A DNA stretch of 64,000 nt from an uncultured Desulfospira sp. (GCA_963663165.1 OY760175.1:2016001-2080000), one strand, 5' to 3'. Shown: positions 49,856-61,149, counted from the first letter of the stretch. Notes: generated from the letters alone by a model not told the origin. Numbers and translations are program-made.

Positions 49856-52121
49856 CACCGTCCCTGCCAACAGACGCCTATGAACAGATTCCCCTCCAGG
49901 AATTTACCCAGAAAGCTTATTTAAACTATTCCATGTACGTGATCCTGGACCGGGCCCTGCCCCACATCGGGGACGGCCTTAAACCGGTTCAGCGGCGGAT
50001 TGTTTACTCCATGAGCCAGCTGGGGCTTTTTGCCACCCAGAAGTTTAAAAAATCCGCCCGGACCGTGGGCGATGTGCTGGGCAAATTCCACCCCCACGGG
50101 GATACGGCCTGCTATGAGGCCATGGTCCTGATGGCCCAGCCCTTTTCCCTGAGGTACCCCTTAGTGGACGGCCAGGGCAACTGGGGGGACCCCAATGACC
50201 CCAAATCCTTTGCCGCCATGCGGTATACGGAATCGCGCCTGTCGCCCTATGCCCAGATTTTTTTAGAAGAACTGGCCGAAGGTACCGTGGACTTTGTGCC
50301 CAACTTTGACGGTACGTTAGAAGAACCCGCCATCCTTCCGGCCCGGCTGCCCAATTTACTGCTCAACGGGACCACCGGCATTGCCGTGGGCATGGCCACC
50401 TCAATTTTGCCCCACAATTTAAGGGAAGTGGCCAAGGCCCTGGTCTGCCTGATCCAGAACGGGGATGCCGACCTTGATGACATCTGCCGGCATATCAAAG
50501 GACCGGATTTCCCCACCCGGGCGGAAATTATCACTCCCCCCCAGGACATTAAAGAGATCTACCGGACCGGCACCGGCCGGATCAAAATGCGGGCTGTCTA
50601 TGACATCCAGGATGGGGAAATTGTCTATACGGCCCTTCCCCACCATGCCTCGGCTGAAAAAATCCATGAACAGATCGCCGCGCAAATGGACGCCAAAAAG
50701 CTGCCCATGGTCAGCGGCATCAGGGATGAATCCGACCATGAAGACCCCACAAGGCTGGTGATCATTCCAAAATCCAGAAATGTGGACCTTATGGCTCTGG
50801 CCGACCATCTGTTCGCCACCACGGACCTGGAAAAGTCCTATTCCGTAAACATGAATATGATCGGCATTGACGGCAGGCCCCAGGTTAAAAGTCTGCTGAC
50901 CATTTTAAAAGAATGGCTTGAATTCCGGGCCGCCACAGTCCGGAAAAAACTTGAATTCCGGCTGACAAAATCCAAAACCGGCTTCACATCCTCGAAGGGT
51001 TTAAAATTGCCTATCTCAACATTGATGAGGTGATCCGGATCATCCGGGAATCAGACGAGCCCCAGGCCGCTCTTATGGACACCTTTGGCTTAACCCAGGT
51101 CCAGGCAAAGGCCATCCTTGACATCCGGCTGCGGCAGCTGGCCCGGCTGGAAGAAATTAAAATTTTAGCAGAAATTAAAGAACTTGAAGGCCAGCGCCAG
51201 ACCCTTGAAAAAATCCTGAACAATGAAGCCGATTTTAAACATTATATCATTGAAGAAATCCAGCAGGATGCCAAGACCTACGGGGATGCCAGAAGGTCTC
51301 CGGTCAAAGAACGAAAAGAAGCCGAAGCCTTTGATGCCACAGATATCATCGACATCACACCGGTGACGGTGGTTCTGTCCAAAAACGGCTGGGTCCGGTC
51401 TGCCAAAGGGCACGACATTGTGCCGGAAAACCTTAAATTCAAAGCCGGGGACGACCTGTTATGCCATTCAAGAACCAAGAGCGACCGGCCCATTGTTTTC
51501 CTGGACGACACCGGCCGAAGCTACACGTTGTTTGCCCATGCCCTGCCCTCTGCCAGGGGGAACGGGGAGCCCCTGACCGGACATCTGACCCTGGGGGCCG
51601 AGGCAAAGATAAGGTTTATGCTCACGGCCGAAGAAACAGACCTTTTTCTGGTGGGCTCGGACAGGGGATACGGCTTTGTCATCAAATTCCCGGACTTTTA
51701 CACCAATTATAAAAATGGCAAGGCCCTGGTCAGCTTAAAACCGGGCAGCGCCCTTCTCGAGCCTGAACCGATAACCAACATGGAAACCGACCAGGTCGCC
51801 GCTGTCACCAACCGGGGCCGGCTGTTGATCTTTTCAATCAAGCAGCTTCCCATGCTCAAGAAAGGACAGGGCAATAAAATTATTGCCATACCGGAAAAAG
51901 AACGGAAGGCCGCCCACCCGGAACGGCTTAAGTTCCTAAAAATATTGCCGGTAAGCGCAAATCTTGTTATACATTCGGGCAAGCATTTTATTCGGCTGGC
52001 ACCGGGCAATCAAAAAGATTACGCCGGGATGCGCGGCCGCAGGGGAAAATTGCTGCCTCGGGGATACCGGAATGTGGACACGGTTGAGGTCAATCTGCCG
52101 GAACAAACAGCTAACGGCTAA
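49852..52121 (+). CDS. parC: DNA topoisomerase IV subunit A; apparent 1-nt frameshift at ~50964
   Basis: [21 protein letters not shown]; second frame continues [11 protein letters not shown]...IDEVIRIIR to the C-terminal domain. Confidence 0.93.
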
Positions 52122-52135
52122 CAGCTAACAGCTAA
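52108..52135. repeat. Heptamer tandem repeat (NNGCTAA)x4
   Basis: cagctaa-cggctaa-cagctaa-cagctaa; same family at 914-1076, ~16866-16902 and 59963-59997. Confidence 0.8.
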
Positions 52136-52140
52136 AAAAT

Positions 52141-53529
52141 ATGACTCGGTTTATCAGAACACACTTTATTTTCTTACTGCTGGCAGCGGCCTGTCTGGCA
52201 TTGACCTATGTCTGTGTTCTGATTCATGAAAGCCGGCTTGGCCGGACCCTGTCCAGTGTGGAAAAGGTTCAGGAATCCGGCACCCTCAGACTGGTCACGG
52301 CCAAGGCCATGAACACCTATTACCTTTATAAAGGGAAACCGGCCGGGTTTGAATATGATCTGGCCAAAGAATTTGCCAAATTCATGAACGTGGAACTTGA
52401 TGTCATTACGCCGGGATGGAACAACATGTTTCTTTGCCTTGACCAGGGCAAAGGCGACGTTGTTGCCGCCGGCATTTCCATTACCAAAAGACGGCTTAGG
52501 CAGGTGGCCTTTTCCATTCCCTACATGACCATTCAGCAGCGGATCATTCACCACCGCCTGATCCTGGAGCCAAAGGATATAGAGGATTTAGGCTTTCGGA
52601 CCATCCACGTCAGGCGGGGGACCTCCTACCATTCACGGCTTGAGCAGATAAAAATTGAGGGGGTGCCCTTAACCTATATTCTCCATGACAATACCCCCAC
52701 CGAAGAGCTCCTTGCCATGGTCAATGAGCGGAAAATTAAATTTACCGTTGCCGACTCCAACATTGCCCTGATCAGCCAGCGGTATTATCCGGACATCCGA
52801 ATCGGCATCCCTATCCAGGAAAAAGAGTCCCTGGCCTGGGCCATTCGAAAAGATGATCCGGAAATGCTCAAGGCGGTGAACCGCTTTTTTCTGTATGCCA
52901 ATGAAACCGGCATCTTGGAAGCCATTACAGAAAAATATTACCACAATATCAATGAAGTGGATATTTTTGATGTTAAAAAGTTTCACAAACGGATAAAATC
53001 AAGACTGCCCCAATACAAAAAACTGATTCAGACGGAATGCAAAAAATACGGTTTTGACTGGCGGCTGATTACCGCCGTGATTTACCAGGAATCCCATTTT
53101 GATGAGGATGCCGTCAGCAAGACCAATGTCAGGGGCTTAATGCAGGTTACCCATGCCACAGCAGCAGAACTGGGAATTAAAAATTATAAAAAACCCGACC
53201 AGAGCATCAGGGCCGGGATTAAATATTTACACAAGATGTTTCTTAAATTCGACCATATAGACGACGAATATCAACGGATGCTTTTTGCCCTTGCCAGTTA
53301 TAATATCGGATACGGCCATGTCCTTGACGCCATCAAACTTGCCCGGAAAAGGGGCCTGGACCCCGGCGTCTGGCGGTCGTTAAAGCAGACCCTGCCCCTT
53401 TTGGCCAGGCCTGCCATTGCCAAGAACTTAAAGCATGGATACGCCAGGGGCGGGGAACCGGTCCATTACATTGACCGTATCCTGACCTATTATGATATTC
53501 TCAGGCAAAAAGAAGTGTCGTTTAAATAG
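52141..53529 (+). CDS. mltF: Membrane-bound lytic murein transglycosylase F
   Basis: SBP3 domain (GFEYDLA) plus SLT domain (YQESHF, GLMQ, ASYNIG, GYARG). Confidence 0.92.
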   Translation: MTRFIRTHFIFLLLAAACLALTYVCVLIHESRLGRTLSSVEKVQESGTLRLVTAKAMNTYYLYKGKPAGFEYDLAKEFAKFMNVELDVITPGWNNMFLCLDQGKGDVVAAGISITKRRLRQVAFSIPYMTIQQRIIHHRLILEPKDIEDLGFRTIHVRRGTSYHSRLEQIKIEGVPLTYILHDNTPTEELLAMVNERKIKFTVADSNIALISQRYYPDIRIGIPIQEKESLAWAIRKDDPEMLKAVNRFFLYANETGILEAITEKYYHNINEVDIFDVKKFHKRIKSRLPQYKKLIQTECKKYGFDWRLITAVIYQESHFDEDAVSKTNVRGLMQVTHATAAELGIKNYKKPDQSIRAGIKYLHKMFLKFDHIDDEYQRMLFALASYNIGYGHVLDAIKLARKRGLDPGVWRSLKQTLPLLARPAIAKNLKHGYARGGEPVHYIDRILTYYDILRQKEVSFK

Positions 53530-53570
53530 CGGTCATGGACCGTCTTTGCCTGTTCAGCCAGGCATGGGTC

Positions 53571-53708
53571 CACAACAAATAATGAAAGTCTTCTCAAGAT
53601 GTTAGTGAGACTTTCATATAACGGCCACGGGCCGCCTTGGTTATCCAACCAAGAACCGCCCACAACAAATATTGAAAGAGCTCAAAAGGTTGCTGAGTCT
53701 TTCATATA
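53571..53708 (+). repeat. Modular two-hairpin dispersed repeat, A-B-A' arrangement
   Basis: A = aatgaaagtc...gactttcat; B = acggccacgggccgccttggttatccaaccaagaaccgcc; matches 10628-10720 on the opposite strand. Confidence 0.9.
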
Positions 53709-53731
53709 AAAATCAAAAAACAGGCATTTAC

Positions 53732-55195
53732 ATGACAAGAAAAATTTTAATCAACGCTTTGGATCCTGATGTCAGCCGGATTGCCGCAGTAGTGGAAAAC
53801 AAGCTGGATCAGTTTCACATTGAAACCCGGGCAAGACAGGTGACCCAGGGCAACATTTACAAAGGGATAGTGACCCGGGTTGAGCCGAGTCTTCAGGCTG
53901 TTTTTGTGGATTACGGCATGGAAAAGAACGGGTTTTTACAAAAAAATGAAATCCACCGGGATTACTTTCAGGACGTGGAGGAAAAGGGAAAAACCCTGTT
54001 CAACCTGATCAAAAAGGGTCAGGAGATGATTGTCCAGGTGGTCAAGGATCCCATCAACCTGAAAGGGGCCATGCTCACCACCTTTGTCTCCCTGCCCGGA
54101 CGGCTCGGGGTGTTGATGCCCGGCAACACCACCCGGGGCGTGTCCAGAAAAATCGAAGAAGAGGAAGAACGAAAACGGCTGGTGAAAATCATTAAAAGCG
54201 TTGACATCCCCGAAGGGTTTGGAATGATTGTAAGGACTGCCGGGAAAGGGGCCAATAAAACCCAGCTGACTGCTGATTTAAGGTATCTGATGAGGGTCTG
54301 GAAAAACATTGACAAACTTGGGGTTGAAAACCAGGCCCCCTGCATGCTGTATAAAGAGCAGAGCTTAGCGGTCCGATCCCTGCGGGATTATTTCACTACC
54401 GATGTCAGGGAAATTCTCATTGACAACCCCGAGACCTTTAAAGAGGTCAAAGAGTTCATGACCAATATTGCCCCTAAACAGCAGAAAATCGTTCACCTGT
54501 TTAAAGGGGAAAAACCCATTTTCACCAAATACCAGCTCGAAGACCAGATTGCCTCGATTTTCAAGCGGGAGGTCCAGCTCAAGTCCGGCGGGTTCCTGGT
54601 CATAGAGCAAACCGAGGCCATGGTGACCATTGATGTTAACTCAGGCAAATCCACCAAAAGAAAAAATATTGAGGAAACCGCTTTTCACACCAACATTGAA
54701 GCGGCGGAGGAAGTGGCCCGGCAGCTGAGGCTTCGGGATATGGGCGGCCTGATCGTGGTTGATTTTATCGACATGAAGGAAAGACGCCATAAGGCGGATA
54801 TCACCAAAACCCTTAAAAAATTTCTAAAAGGGGACAAGGCAAAAACCAAAGTCGGCGGCATCACCCCTTTCGGCCTGCTGGAAATGTCCCGCCAGAGGAT
54901 TCGGCATTCCATCACCTTTGGAAGCTATGAAACCTGCAGGCAGTGCAACGGAAGAGGAATGGTTCCATCGGTAGAAACCCAGGGACTGGCCTTTTTAAGG
55001 CAGATCAACCTGAAAACATTAAAACCGGAGGTAAAGCAGGTCGTGGGGATGATTCCCAGGGAAGTGGCCTACTACATTTTAAACAAAAAGCGCGAAGAAC
55101 TGCTGGAAATCGAATCCAAACGGAATGTGTCCATCACCATTGAAATTGATCCGGAAATGGTGTCCGGCCAGAGTAGCATTACCTGTCATACCTGA
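53732..55195 (+). CDS. Rne/Rng family ribonuclease
   Basis: GNIYKG, EPSLQAVFVDYG, IDVNSG and RLRDMGGLIVVDFIDM. Confidence 0.95.
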   Translation: MTRKILINALDPDVSRIAAVVENKLDQFHIETRARQVTQGNIYKGIVTRVEPSLQAVFVDYGMEKNGFLQKNEIHRDYFQDVEEKGKTLFNLIKKGQEMIVQVVKDPINLKGAMLTTFVSLPGRLGVLMPGNTTRGVSRKIEEEEERKRLVKIIKSVDIPEGFGMIVRTAGKGANKTQLTADLRYLMRVWKNIDKLGVENQAPCMLYKEQSLAVRSLRDYFTTDVREILIDNPETFKEVKEFMTNIAPKQQKIVHLFKGEKPIFTKYQLEDQIASIFKREVQLKSGGFLVIEQTEAMVTIDVNSGKSTKRKNIEETAFHTNIEAAEEVARQLRLRDMGGLIVVDFIDMKERRHKADITKTLKKFLKGDKAKTKVGGITPFGLLEMSRQRIRHSITFGSYETCRQCNGRGMVPSVETQGLAFLRQINLKTLKPEVKQVVGMIPREVAYYILNKKREELLEIESKRNVSITIEIDPEMVSGQSSITCHT

Positions 55196-55356
55196 TGGAT
55201 GGTTTTCCTAAAAGACTTGAATTTACCACGGACAGTTTCTTGACATAACCATAAGTTTTGTGTATCTGAAACCGTTTACCGGATTTTTAATGGCATCCCT
55301 GAAAATTTCAACCGGCGGGACCAAAGCTGCACGGCGGTTATTGCAAAGGAGAAGCA

Positions 55357-56274
55357 ATGCTGTTGAAAAAGAATTCAAACAAAATGGTCACCATTGTGAT
55401 GGGTTTAATTGTCCTGGTGGCGGCCGGTTTTTTTGTGGCAAAGGGAATCAAAACGGCGGTGACAAGCCGTTCTTCCCTGCAACCGGAAAAGCCTGAGAAC
55501 CTTTCGGACAAGGCCAAACCCGAAGGGGAAAAGGATGCCCCGCAGGTGGTCAAAGGAACCATAAAGGCAGAACCTGAAATTAATTTTAAGGATCTGAACA
55601 AAAATCCGGAACTCGATAAACTCATGGCGGACCGGAAAGCCAAGTCCGGGGTTGATAAAAGCCTGGATATGATTGTCCAGTCCGATGAAAAATTTGTTGT
55701 GGGGGGCCAGAAAATCTCCATGAAGGAAATCCTTAAAAAGGCCATGGCCCAAAAAGGAGAAATTTTCCAGGAAGATATCCGGGTTCCCGGGGAATCCGAA
55801 GAACCCGTGGCATCCAGGGCATCCGGAGGATCAGGGGCAATAAGGGAATCCAGTTCATCGGAGGGATCCGGGGTATCGGAGGAATCCGGGGCGCCGCTGC
55901 CGAAAGGAATTAAGGAATACGGCATTTATGTGGTCCGCAAAGGGGACAATATCTGGAACATCCACTTTAACATTTTAAAGGAATTTTATTCATCCCGGGG
56001 AATCAGCGTAGCCTCCCGGGCCGATGAACCGGTCAATGAGGGGGTCAGTTCCGGTGTGGGGAAAATTTTGAAATTTTCAGAACAAATGGTTATGATCTAC
56101 AACCTTACGGAACGAAAGATGGCCGATGATATCAACCTGTTGCAGCCCTTAAGCAAGATTATTGTTTACAACATGGGGGAAATATTCTCACTGTTGCAGG
56201 AGGTCACCTACGAGAACGTAGACAGAATTCAATTTGACGGAACGAGCATCTGGATTCCGGCAAAACAATCATGA
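55357..56274 (+). CDS. Membrane-anchored hypothetical protein with LysM-like start and low-complexity linker
   Basis: N-terminal TM; YVVRKGDNIWNI; G/S/E-rich repeat. Confidence 0.7.
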   Translation: MLLKKNSNKMVTIVMGLIVLVAAGFFVAKGIKTAVTSRSSLQPEKPENLSDKAKPEGEKDAPQVVKGTIKAEPEINFKDLNKNPELDKLMADRKAKSGVDKSLDMIVQSDEKFVVGGQKISMKEILKKAMAQKGEIFQEDIRVPGESEEPVASRASGGSGAIRESSSSEGSGVSEESGAPLPKGIKEYGIYVVRKGDNIWNIHFNILKEFYSSRGISVASRADEPVNEGVSSGVGKILKFSEQMVMIYNLTERKMADDINLLQPLSKIIVYNMGEIFSLLQEVTYENVDRIQFDGTSIWIPAKQS

Positions 56275-56301
56275 TTTAACATATTTGAAGGAGGCATTAT
56301 T

Positions 56302-56646
56302 TTGATCAGCACAGCATTTGCAATGGGACCAACCGGAGGGGAAGCGGCACAGGGCGGCGGACTTGCAGGGTTTCTGCCTATAATTATTTTATTTGCCATT
56401 TTTTACTTTCTTTTAATCCGTCCCCAGCAGAAGAAAGCCAAAGAGCATAAAGAGATGATCACCAACCTTAAAAAAGGGGACCGGATCATCACTTCCGGCG
56501 GTATCCACGGCACCATCCAGTCCATAGACGACACCAGCATCGGGCTTGAAATTGCCGAAAAGGTTAAAATTAAACTCTCCAGGGGAAATGTGGCCGGACT
56601 GTTGTCCGTCAGTGAACCCAACCCCAAATCATCACAGAAAAAATAA
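56302..56646 (+). CDS. yajC: Preprotein translocase subunit YajC
   Basis: FYFLLIRPQQKK...LKKGDRIITSGGIHG. Confidence 0.96.
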   Translation: MISTAFAMGPTGGEAAQGGGLAGFLPIIILFAIFYFLLIRPQQKKAKEHKEMITNLKKGDRIITSGGIHGTIQSIDDTSIGLEIAEKVKIKLSRGNVAGLLSVSEPNPKSSQKK

Positions 56647-56670
56647 AAACCACTTAGGAGCATTCTCAAA

Positions 56671-58245
56671 TTGAAATCATTTACCTTTAAACGCGTGTGC
56701 ATCCTGGGCATCATCATAGCGGCCGCTGTCTGGCTGCTGCCGACTTTCACCGACACCTGGCCCCACAAGAAAATAAACTTAGGGCTTGATCTTCAAGGGG
56801 GAATGCACCTTATTCTGGAAGTTCAGAACGTCAAGGCCGTTGAAGCGGAGATAGAAAGAGATCTTCACGAACTCAAAAAAGAGATGAGAAACGAAAAAAT
56901 CCAACACCTTGGCGTCAGCCGCCAGAAAAACAATACCATCCAGGTCAAACTCCAGGGGGCTGAAAACAAGGCCGGATTTGAAAAAATCCTGTCCAGTGAG
57001 TTCCCGAATTTTAAAGTCTCCTCTTCGGGCGGGAGCGAACAAGGCTACACTTTTCAATTAAGCCTGCCAGGCGAAGACGTGGATAATATTAAAAAAATGG
57101 CCACGGAACAGGCCCTTGAAACCATCCGGAACCGGATAGACGAGTTCGGGGTTTCAGAACCGGATATCCGGCTTCAGGGGGATAACCGGATTCTTCTCCA
57201 GCTTCCGGGTATCACCGACCCGGACCGGGCCAAATCCCTGATCGGAAAAACCGCCCAGCTGACCTTCCAGCTGGTCAATGAAGAGGCCAGCGTCGAGGCG
57301 GCGGTTAAAGGAAGCGCGCCGGTGGGCAGTGAGATCCTTTATGAAACCAAAACCGACCCGGTCTCAGGGGCAGTGTCTAAAATCCCCCTGGTCATAAAGA
57401 AACAGGTCCTTCTGGACGGCAGCCTTCTGACCAACGCCAAAGTGGAGTTTGACCAGTATCAGCAGCCCCAGGTGGGCATTGAATTCAGCCGGAAAGGGGC
57501 CCGGATTTTTGAACGGATCACCGGCCAGAACGTTAAAAAACGGCTGGCCATTGTCCTGGATAAAACCGTGTATTCCGCCCCGGTCATCCAGGACCGGATT
57601 GCCGGCGGAAAGGCCAGAATCACAGGACGGTTCACCGCTGAAGAGGCCAAGGACCTGGCCATTGCCTTAAGGGCCGGTTCGCTGCCGGCGCCGGTCACCA
57701 TCATTGAAGAAAGAACCGTGGGACCGACCCTGGGCGCTGATTCTGTCCGCATGGGGCTGATGTCCATGATCGTGGGCGGTGCCCTGGTGATCTTGTTCAT
57801 GCTGATCTATTATAAAGGGGCCGGGCTGATTGCCGACGTGGCCCTGGTGGTCAATATTATTCTTATCGGCGGCGGCCTTGCCGCATTCCAGGCCACCCTG
57901 ACCCTGCCGGGCATTGCCGGCATCATCCTGACCATTGGTATGGCCGTGGATGCCAACGTGATTATTTTTGAGCGGATAAGGGAAGAACTGAGGGCCGGAA
58001 AAACCGCCCTGGCATCGGTTAATGCCGGGTTTGAACGGGCCACCCTCACCATTCTGGATGCCAATGTCACCACCCTGATCGCCGCCATTGTGCTTTTCCA
58101 GTTCGGTACAGGCCCGGTCAAGGGGTTTGCCGTTACCCTGGCGTTAGGCATTGTGGCCAGTCTTTTTACAGCGCTGATCCTGTCAAAAAGCCTGTTTGAT
58201 TTCATCCTCCAGAAAAAAGAATCCTCATCAACTCTCAGCATATAA
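56671..58245 (+). CDS. secD: Protein translocase subunit SecD
   Basis: LGLDLQGG, RNRIDEFGVSEP and GMAVDANV. Confidence 0.97.
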   Translation: MKSFTFKRVCILGIIIAAAVWLLPTFTDTWPHKKINLGLDLQGGMHLILEVQNVKAVEAEIERDLHELKKEMRNEKIQHLGVSRQKNNTIQVKLQGAENKAGFEKILSSEFPNFKVSSSGGSEQGYTFQLSLPGEDVDNIKKMATEQALETIRNRIDEFGVSEPDIRLQGDNRILLQLPGITDPDRAKSLIGKTAQLTFQLVNEEASVEAAVKGSAPVGSEILYETKTDPVSGAVSKIPLVIKKQVLLDGSLLTNAKVEFDQYQQPQVGIEFSRKGARIFERITGQNVKKRLAIVLDKTVYSAPVIQDRIAGGKARITGRFTAEEAKDLAIALRAGSLPAPVTIIEERTVGPTLGADSVRMGLMSMIVGGALVILFMLIYYKGAGLIADVALVVNIILIGGGLAAFQATLTLPGIAGIILTIGMAVDANVIIFERIREELRAGKTALASVNAGFERATLTILDANVTTLIAAIVLFQFGTGPVKGFAVTLALGIVASLFTALILSKSLFDFILQKKESSSTLSI

Positions 58246-58259
58246 GGAAATCCAGAATA

Positions 58260-59294
58260 ATGCAGATTATCAAACCTGATACCAATATTGATTTTATCGG
58301 GAGGCAGAAATTCGGTTATATATTCTCCGGATTGTTGCTCCTCGCCAGTATAATTTCACTGATTGTTCACGGGGGGCCCAATTACGGAATTGATTTTGCC
58401 GGAGGGACCCTGGTCCAGGTCAAATTCACAAAGGATATATCCATTTCCGATATCAGGGCCAGTTTGGAAGCGCTGGACCTGAAAGATATTTCCGTTCAGG
58501 GATTTGGGGAAGCCAATGCCCATGAATACCTCATCCGGACCGCCAGTTCCGAAAAAGAAGGACAGCCCCTGGATGAAATCGTTTCAAAGGCCATTGAAAC
58601 CGCCACAGGCACCGCCCCTGAAATCCGGCGGGTGGAGATGGTCGGCCCCCAGGTGGGCAACGACCTGAAACGCAAAGCGCTTCTGGCCATTTTTTATTCC
58701 CTGCTGTTTATTACCATTTATATTTCAGGACGGTTTGAACTCAAATGGGGCCTGTCCGGGGTCACGGCCGGCGCCCTGATGGCCGCAGTTTATTTTTTCT
58801 CCATTTTCAATGTGAGCATGCCGGTCCTCATTGCCGCAGCCATGGTGGTTTCCCTGGCCCTTTTCTGGTACCTGAAGCTCCAGTTTGCCATGGGTGCCAT
58901 TGTGGCCCTGATCCACGACGTCACCATTACCGTGGGGGTGTTTTCCATCCTCAACCTTGACTTCTCTTTGTCCATTATTGCCGCTTTGTTAACCATTATA
59001 GGCTACTCGCTGAACGATACCATTATCGTGTTTGACCGGATCAGGGACAACATCAAGGGGAAAACCGACAAAGACGACCTGTCCTTCTGGTTTAACAAGA
59101 GCATCAATGAGACCCTGTCACGGACCCTTCTGACCTCCATGACCACATTGATCGTTCTGCTGGCCCTGTACTTTCTGGGCGGAGAAATCATCCATAACTT
59201 TGCCTTTGCCATGATCATCGGTGTCGTGATTGGAACCTATTCTTCCATATTTGTGGCAAGCCCGATTGTGCTGGCCAATCACAACAAGGCCTAA
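58260..59294 (+). CDS. secF: Protein translocase subunit SecF
   Basis: GIDFAGG and GYSLNDTIIVFDRIR. Confidence 0.97.
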   Translation: MQIIKPDTNIDFIGRQKFGYIFSGLLLLASIISLIVHGGPNYGIDFAGGTLVQVKFTKDISISDIRASLEALDLKDISVQGFGEANAHEYLIRTASSEKEGQPLDEIVSKAIETATGTAPEIRRVEMVGPQVGNDLKRKALLAIFYSLLFITIYISGRFELKWGLSGVTAGALMAAVYFFSIFNVSMPVLIAAAMVVSLALFWYLKLQFAMGAIVALIHDVTITVGVFSILNLDFSLSIIAALLTIIGYSLNDTIIVFDRIRDNIKGKTDKDDLSFWFNKSINETLSRTLLTSMTTLIVLLALYFLGGEIIHNFAFAMIIGVVIGTYSSIFVASPIVLANHNKA

Positions 59295-59297
59295 GGA

Positions 59298-59951
59298 ATG
59301 GTTTGGCAGCGGATTCCATATGGCATGTGGATTCTGTTTTTATGCAGTACCTTAAGCGTTTCATGTATTCACAAGGAACCGGCCGGGCAGATCCGGCCGG
59401 TTCCTTCACCCGCGCAGACATCAGCACAGCCTGTTCTTGATATTACCGAAGAACCGACACCAGACCATCAAATCCAAGAACTCACCCGGCGGGTCCGGCA
59501 GCTGGAGCAGAAAGTGACCGTCCTGGAGGCCCGGACCCAAAAGAATTCGACAAGTCAACCCGTCTATAAAATCGAATATACCGATCCGGATGAACTTTAT
59601 CAGAAAGCCCGGGACCTTTGCCTGGAAAAAGATTTCACAAGCGCGGCCAAGATATTCCAGACATTTGTCCGGGACCACCCCAAACACAACCTGGCCGACA
59701 ACGCCCTTTACTGGTTAGGGGAATGCTGGTACTCCCTTGGCCGGTATGAAGCGGCGGTAAGTGACTTTAAACTCCTTGTCAAACAATATCCCAAATCGGA
59801 AAAGGTGCCCGATGCCCTGCTGAAAACCGGTTATACCTATAAAGCCATGGGCAATGCCGCACAGGCCGATATTTATTTAAAAGAGGTGTTAAAAAAATAC
59901 CCGTTTTCACCGGCCGCTGAAAAGGCCCAGAAAAAACTGAAAACCCCATGA
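59298..59951 (+). CDS. cpoB: Tol-Pal associated TPR protein CpoB/YbgF
   Basis: Lipoprotein-like signal, coiled coil, LADNALYWLGE and KVPDALLK. Confidence 0.88.
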   Translation: MVWQRIPYGMWILFLCSTLSVSCIHKEPAGQIRPVPSPAQTSAQPVLDITEEPTPDHQIQELTRRVRQLEQKVTVLEARTQKNSTSQPVYKIEYTDPDELYQKARDLCLEKDFTSAAKIFQTFVRDHPKHNLADNALYWLGECWYSLGRYEAAVSDFKLLVKQYPKSEKVPDALLKTGYTYKAMGNAAQADIYLKEVLKKYPFSPAAEKAQKKLKTP

Positions 59952-60006
59952 TTAACCGCCAGGGGCTAATGGCTAATAGCTAACAGCTAACGGCTAAATT
60001 ATCGGA

Positions 60007-61140
60007 ATGCAATCGGACATAGAAAAAAAACTGGCCTGGTTCATTTTAAGAGAAATTCCTTTTTTAGGGAACCGAACCTGTAAACGGCTGATCCAGCACT
60101 TTAAAACACCCGATCATATCTTCGCTGCGTCAAAAGCCGACCTGGAACAGGTCAAGGGCATCACCTCAAAACAAGTCCAGGCCGTCCTCTCCTGGCCCGA
60201 CTACAAGGAAAAGGCCTTAAAAGAAATTGAAAAAATGGCGGCAAGCCATACCCAACTGGTGACCCTGGACCAGGAAACATACCCGCCCCTGTTAAAACAG
60301 ATCCATGATCCGCCCCCCCTTCTCACCTACCGGGGAAGCCTTGGCGATACCGCCACAACCCCCTGCATTGCCATTGTGGGATCAAGACGGGCCACCGCCT
60401 ACGGCCTGAACACGGCACGCCATCTGGCCGGGGCCCTTGCCCGTAACGGGTTTACCATTGTCAGCGGCATGGCCCAGGGCATTGATTCGGCCGCCCATGC
60501 CGGCGCCCTTGCCGCCGGCGGAAACACCTTTGCCGTATTGGGCTCGGGCCTGAACCGGATTTATCCAAGGCAGAATCAAAAATTATTCCATGACATCTGC
60601 GGGTCTGGTGCCGTGATATCAGAGTTTGCCCTTGACACCGAACCGTTAGCCCATAATTTCCCTGTCAGGAACAGGATCATAGCCGGTTTGTCCACAGGCA
60701 CCCTGGTGGTGGAAGCTGAAAAAAGAAGCGGCTCCCTGATTACGGCCAGGCTTTCCGGAGAGTATAACCGGGAGGTGTTTGCCGTCCCCGGCTCCATCAA
60801 GTCCAAAAAGAGCGAAGGCACCCATGCCCTGCTCAAACAGGGGGCACGACTGGTGGAAAATGAACAGGATATCCTGGACGAACTTCACCACCTTGTCCAC
60901 AAAGAGGCGGCGGCGGCAGACCCGTTGACGGATTCGTTCCAAAATACAACCAAAAATCTGCCAGCCATGGACAAAGCCCAGCGCTTAATATATAAGATGC
61001 TGGACAACTACCCCAGACATATTGATGAAATCATAGCGCAAAGCGGTCTGGAAAGCCGAAAAGTGGCCGCTGTCCTGCTCGATTTTGAATTGAACCGTAT
61101 TGCCCGGCGCGAACCCGGCAATTATTTTTCACTTTTCTAA
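60007..61140 (+). CDS. dprA: DNA-processing protein DprA
   Basis: AIVGSR, VSGMAQGID, FPVRNRIIAGLS and SGSLITA. Confidence 0.96.
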   Translation: MQSDIEKKLAWFILREIPFLGNRTCKRLIQHFKTPDHIFAASKADLEQVKGITSKQVQAVLSWPDYKEKALKEIEKMAASHTQLVTLDQETYPPLLKQIHDPPPLLTYRGSLGDTATTPCIAIVGSRRATAYGLNTARHLAGALARNGFTIVSGMAQGIDSAAHAGALAAGGNTFAVLGSGLNRIYPRQNQKLFHDICGSGAVISEFALDTEPLAHNFPVRNRIIAGLSTGTLVVEAEKRSGSLITARLSGEYNREVFAVPGSIKSKKSEGTHALLKQGARLVENEQDILDELHHLVHKEAAAADPLTDSFQNTTKNLPAMDKAQRLIYKMLDNYPRHIDEIIAQSGLESRKVAAVLLDFELNRIARREPGNYFSLF

Positions 61141-61149
61141 GGAGGAACA

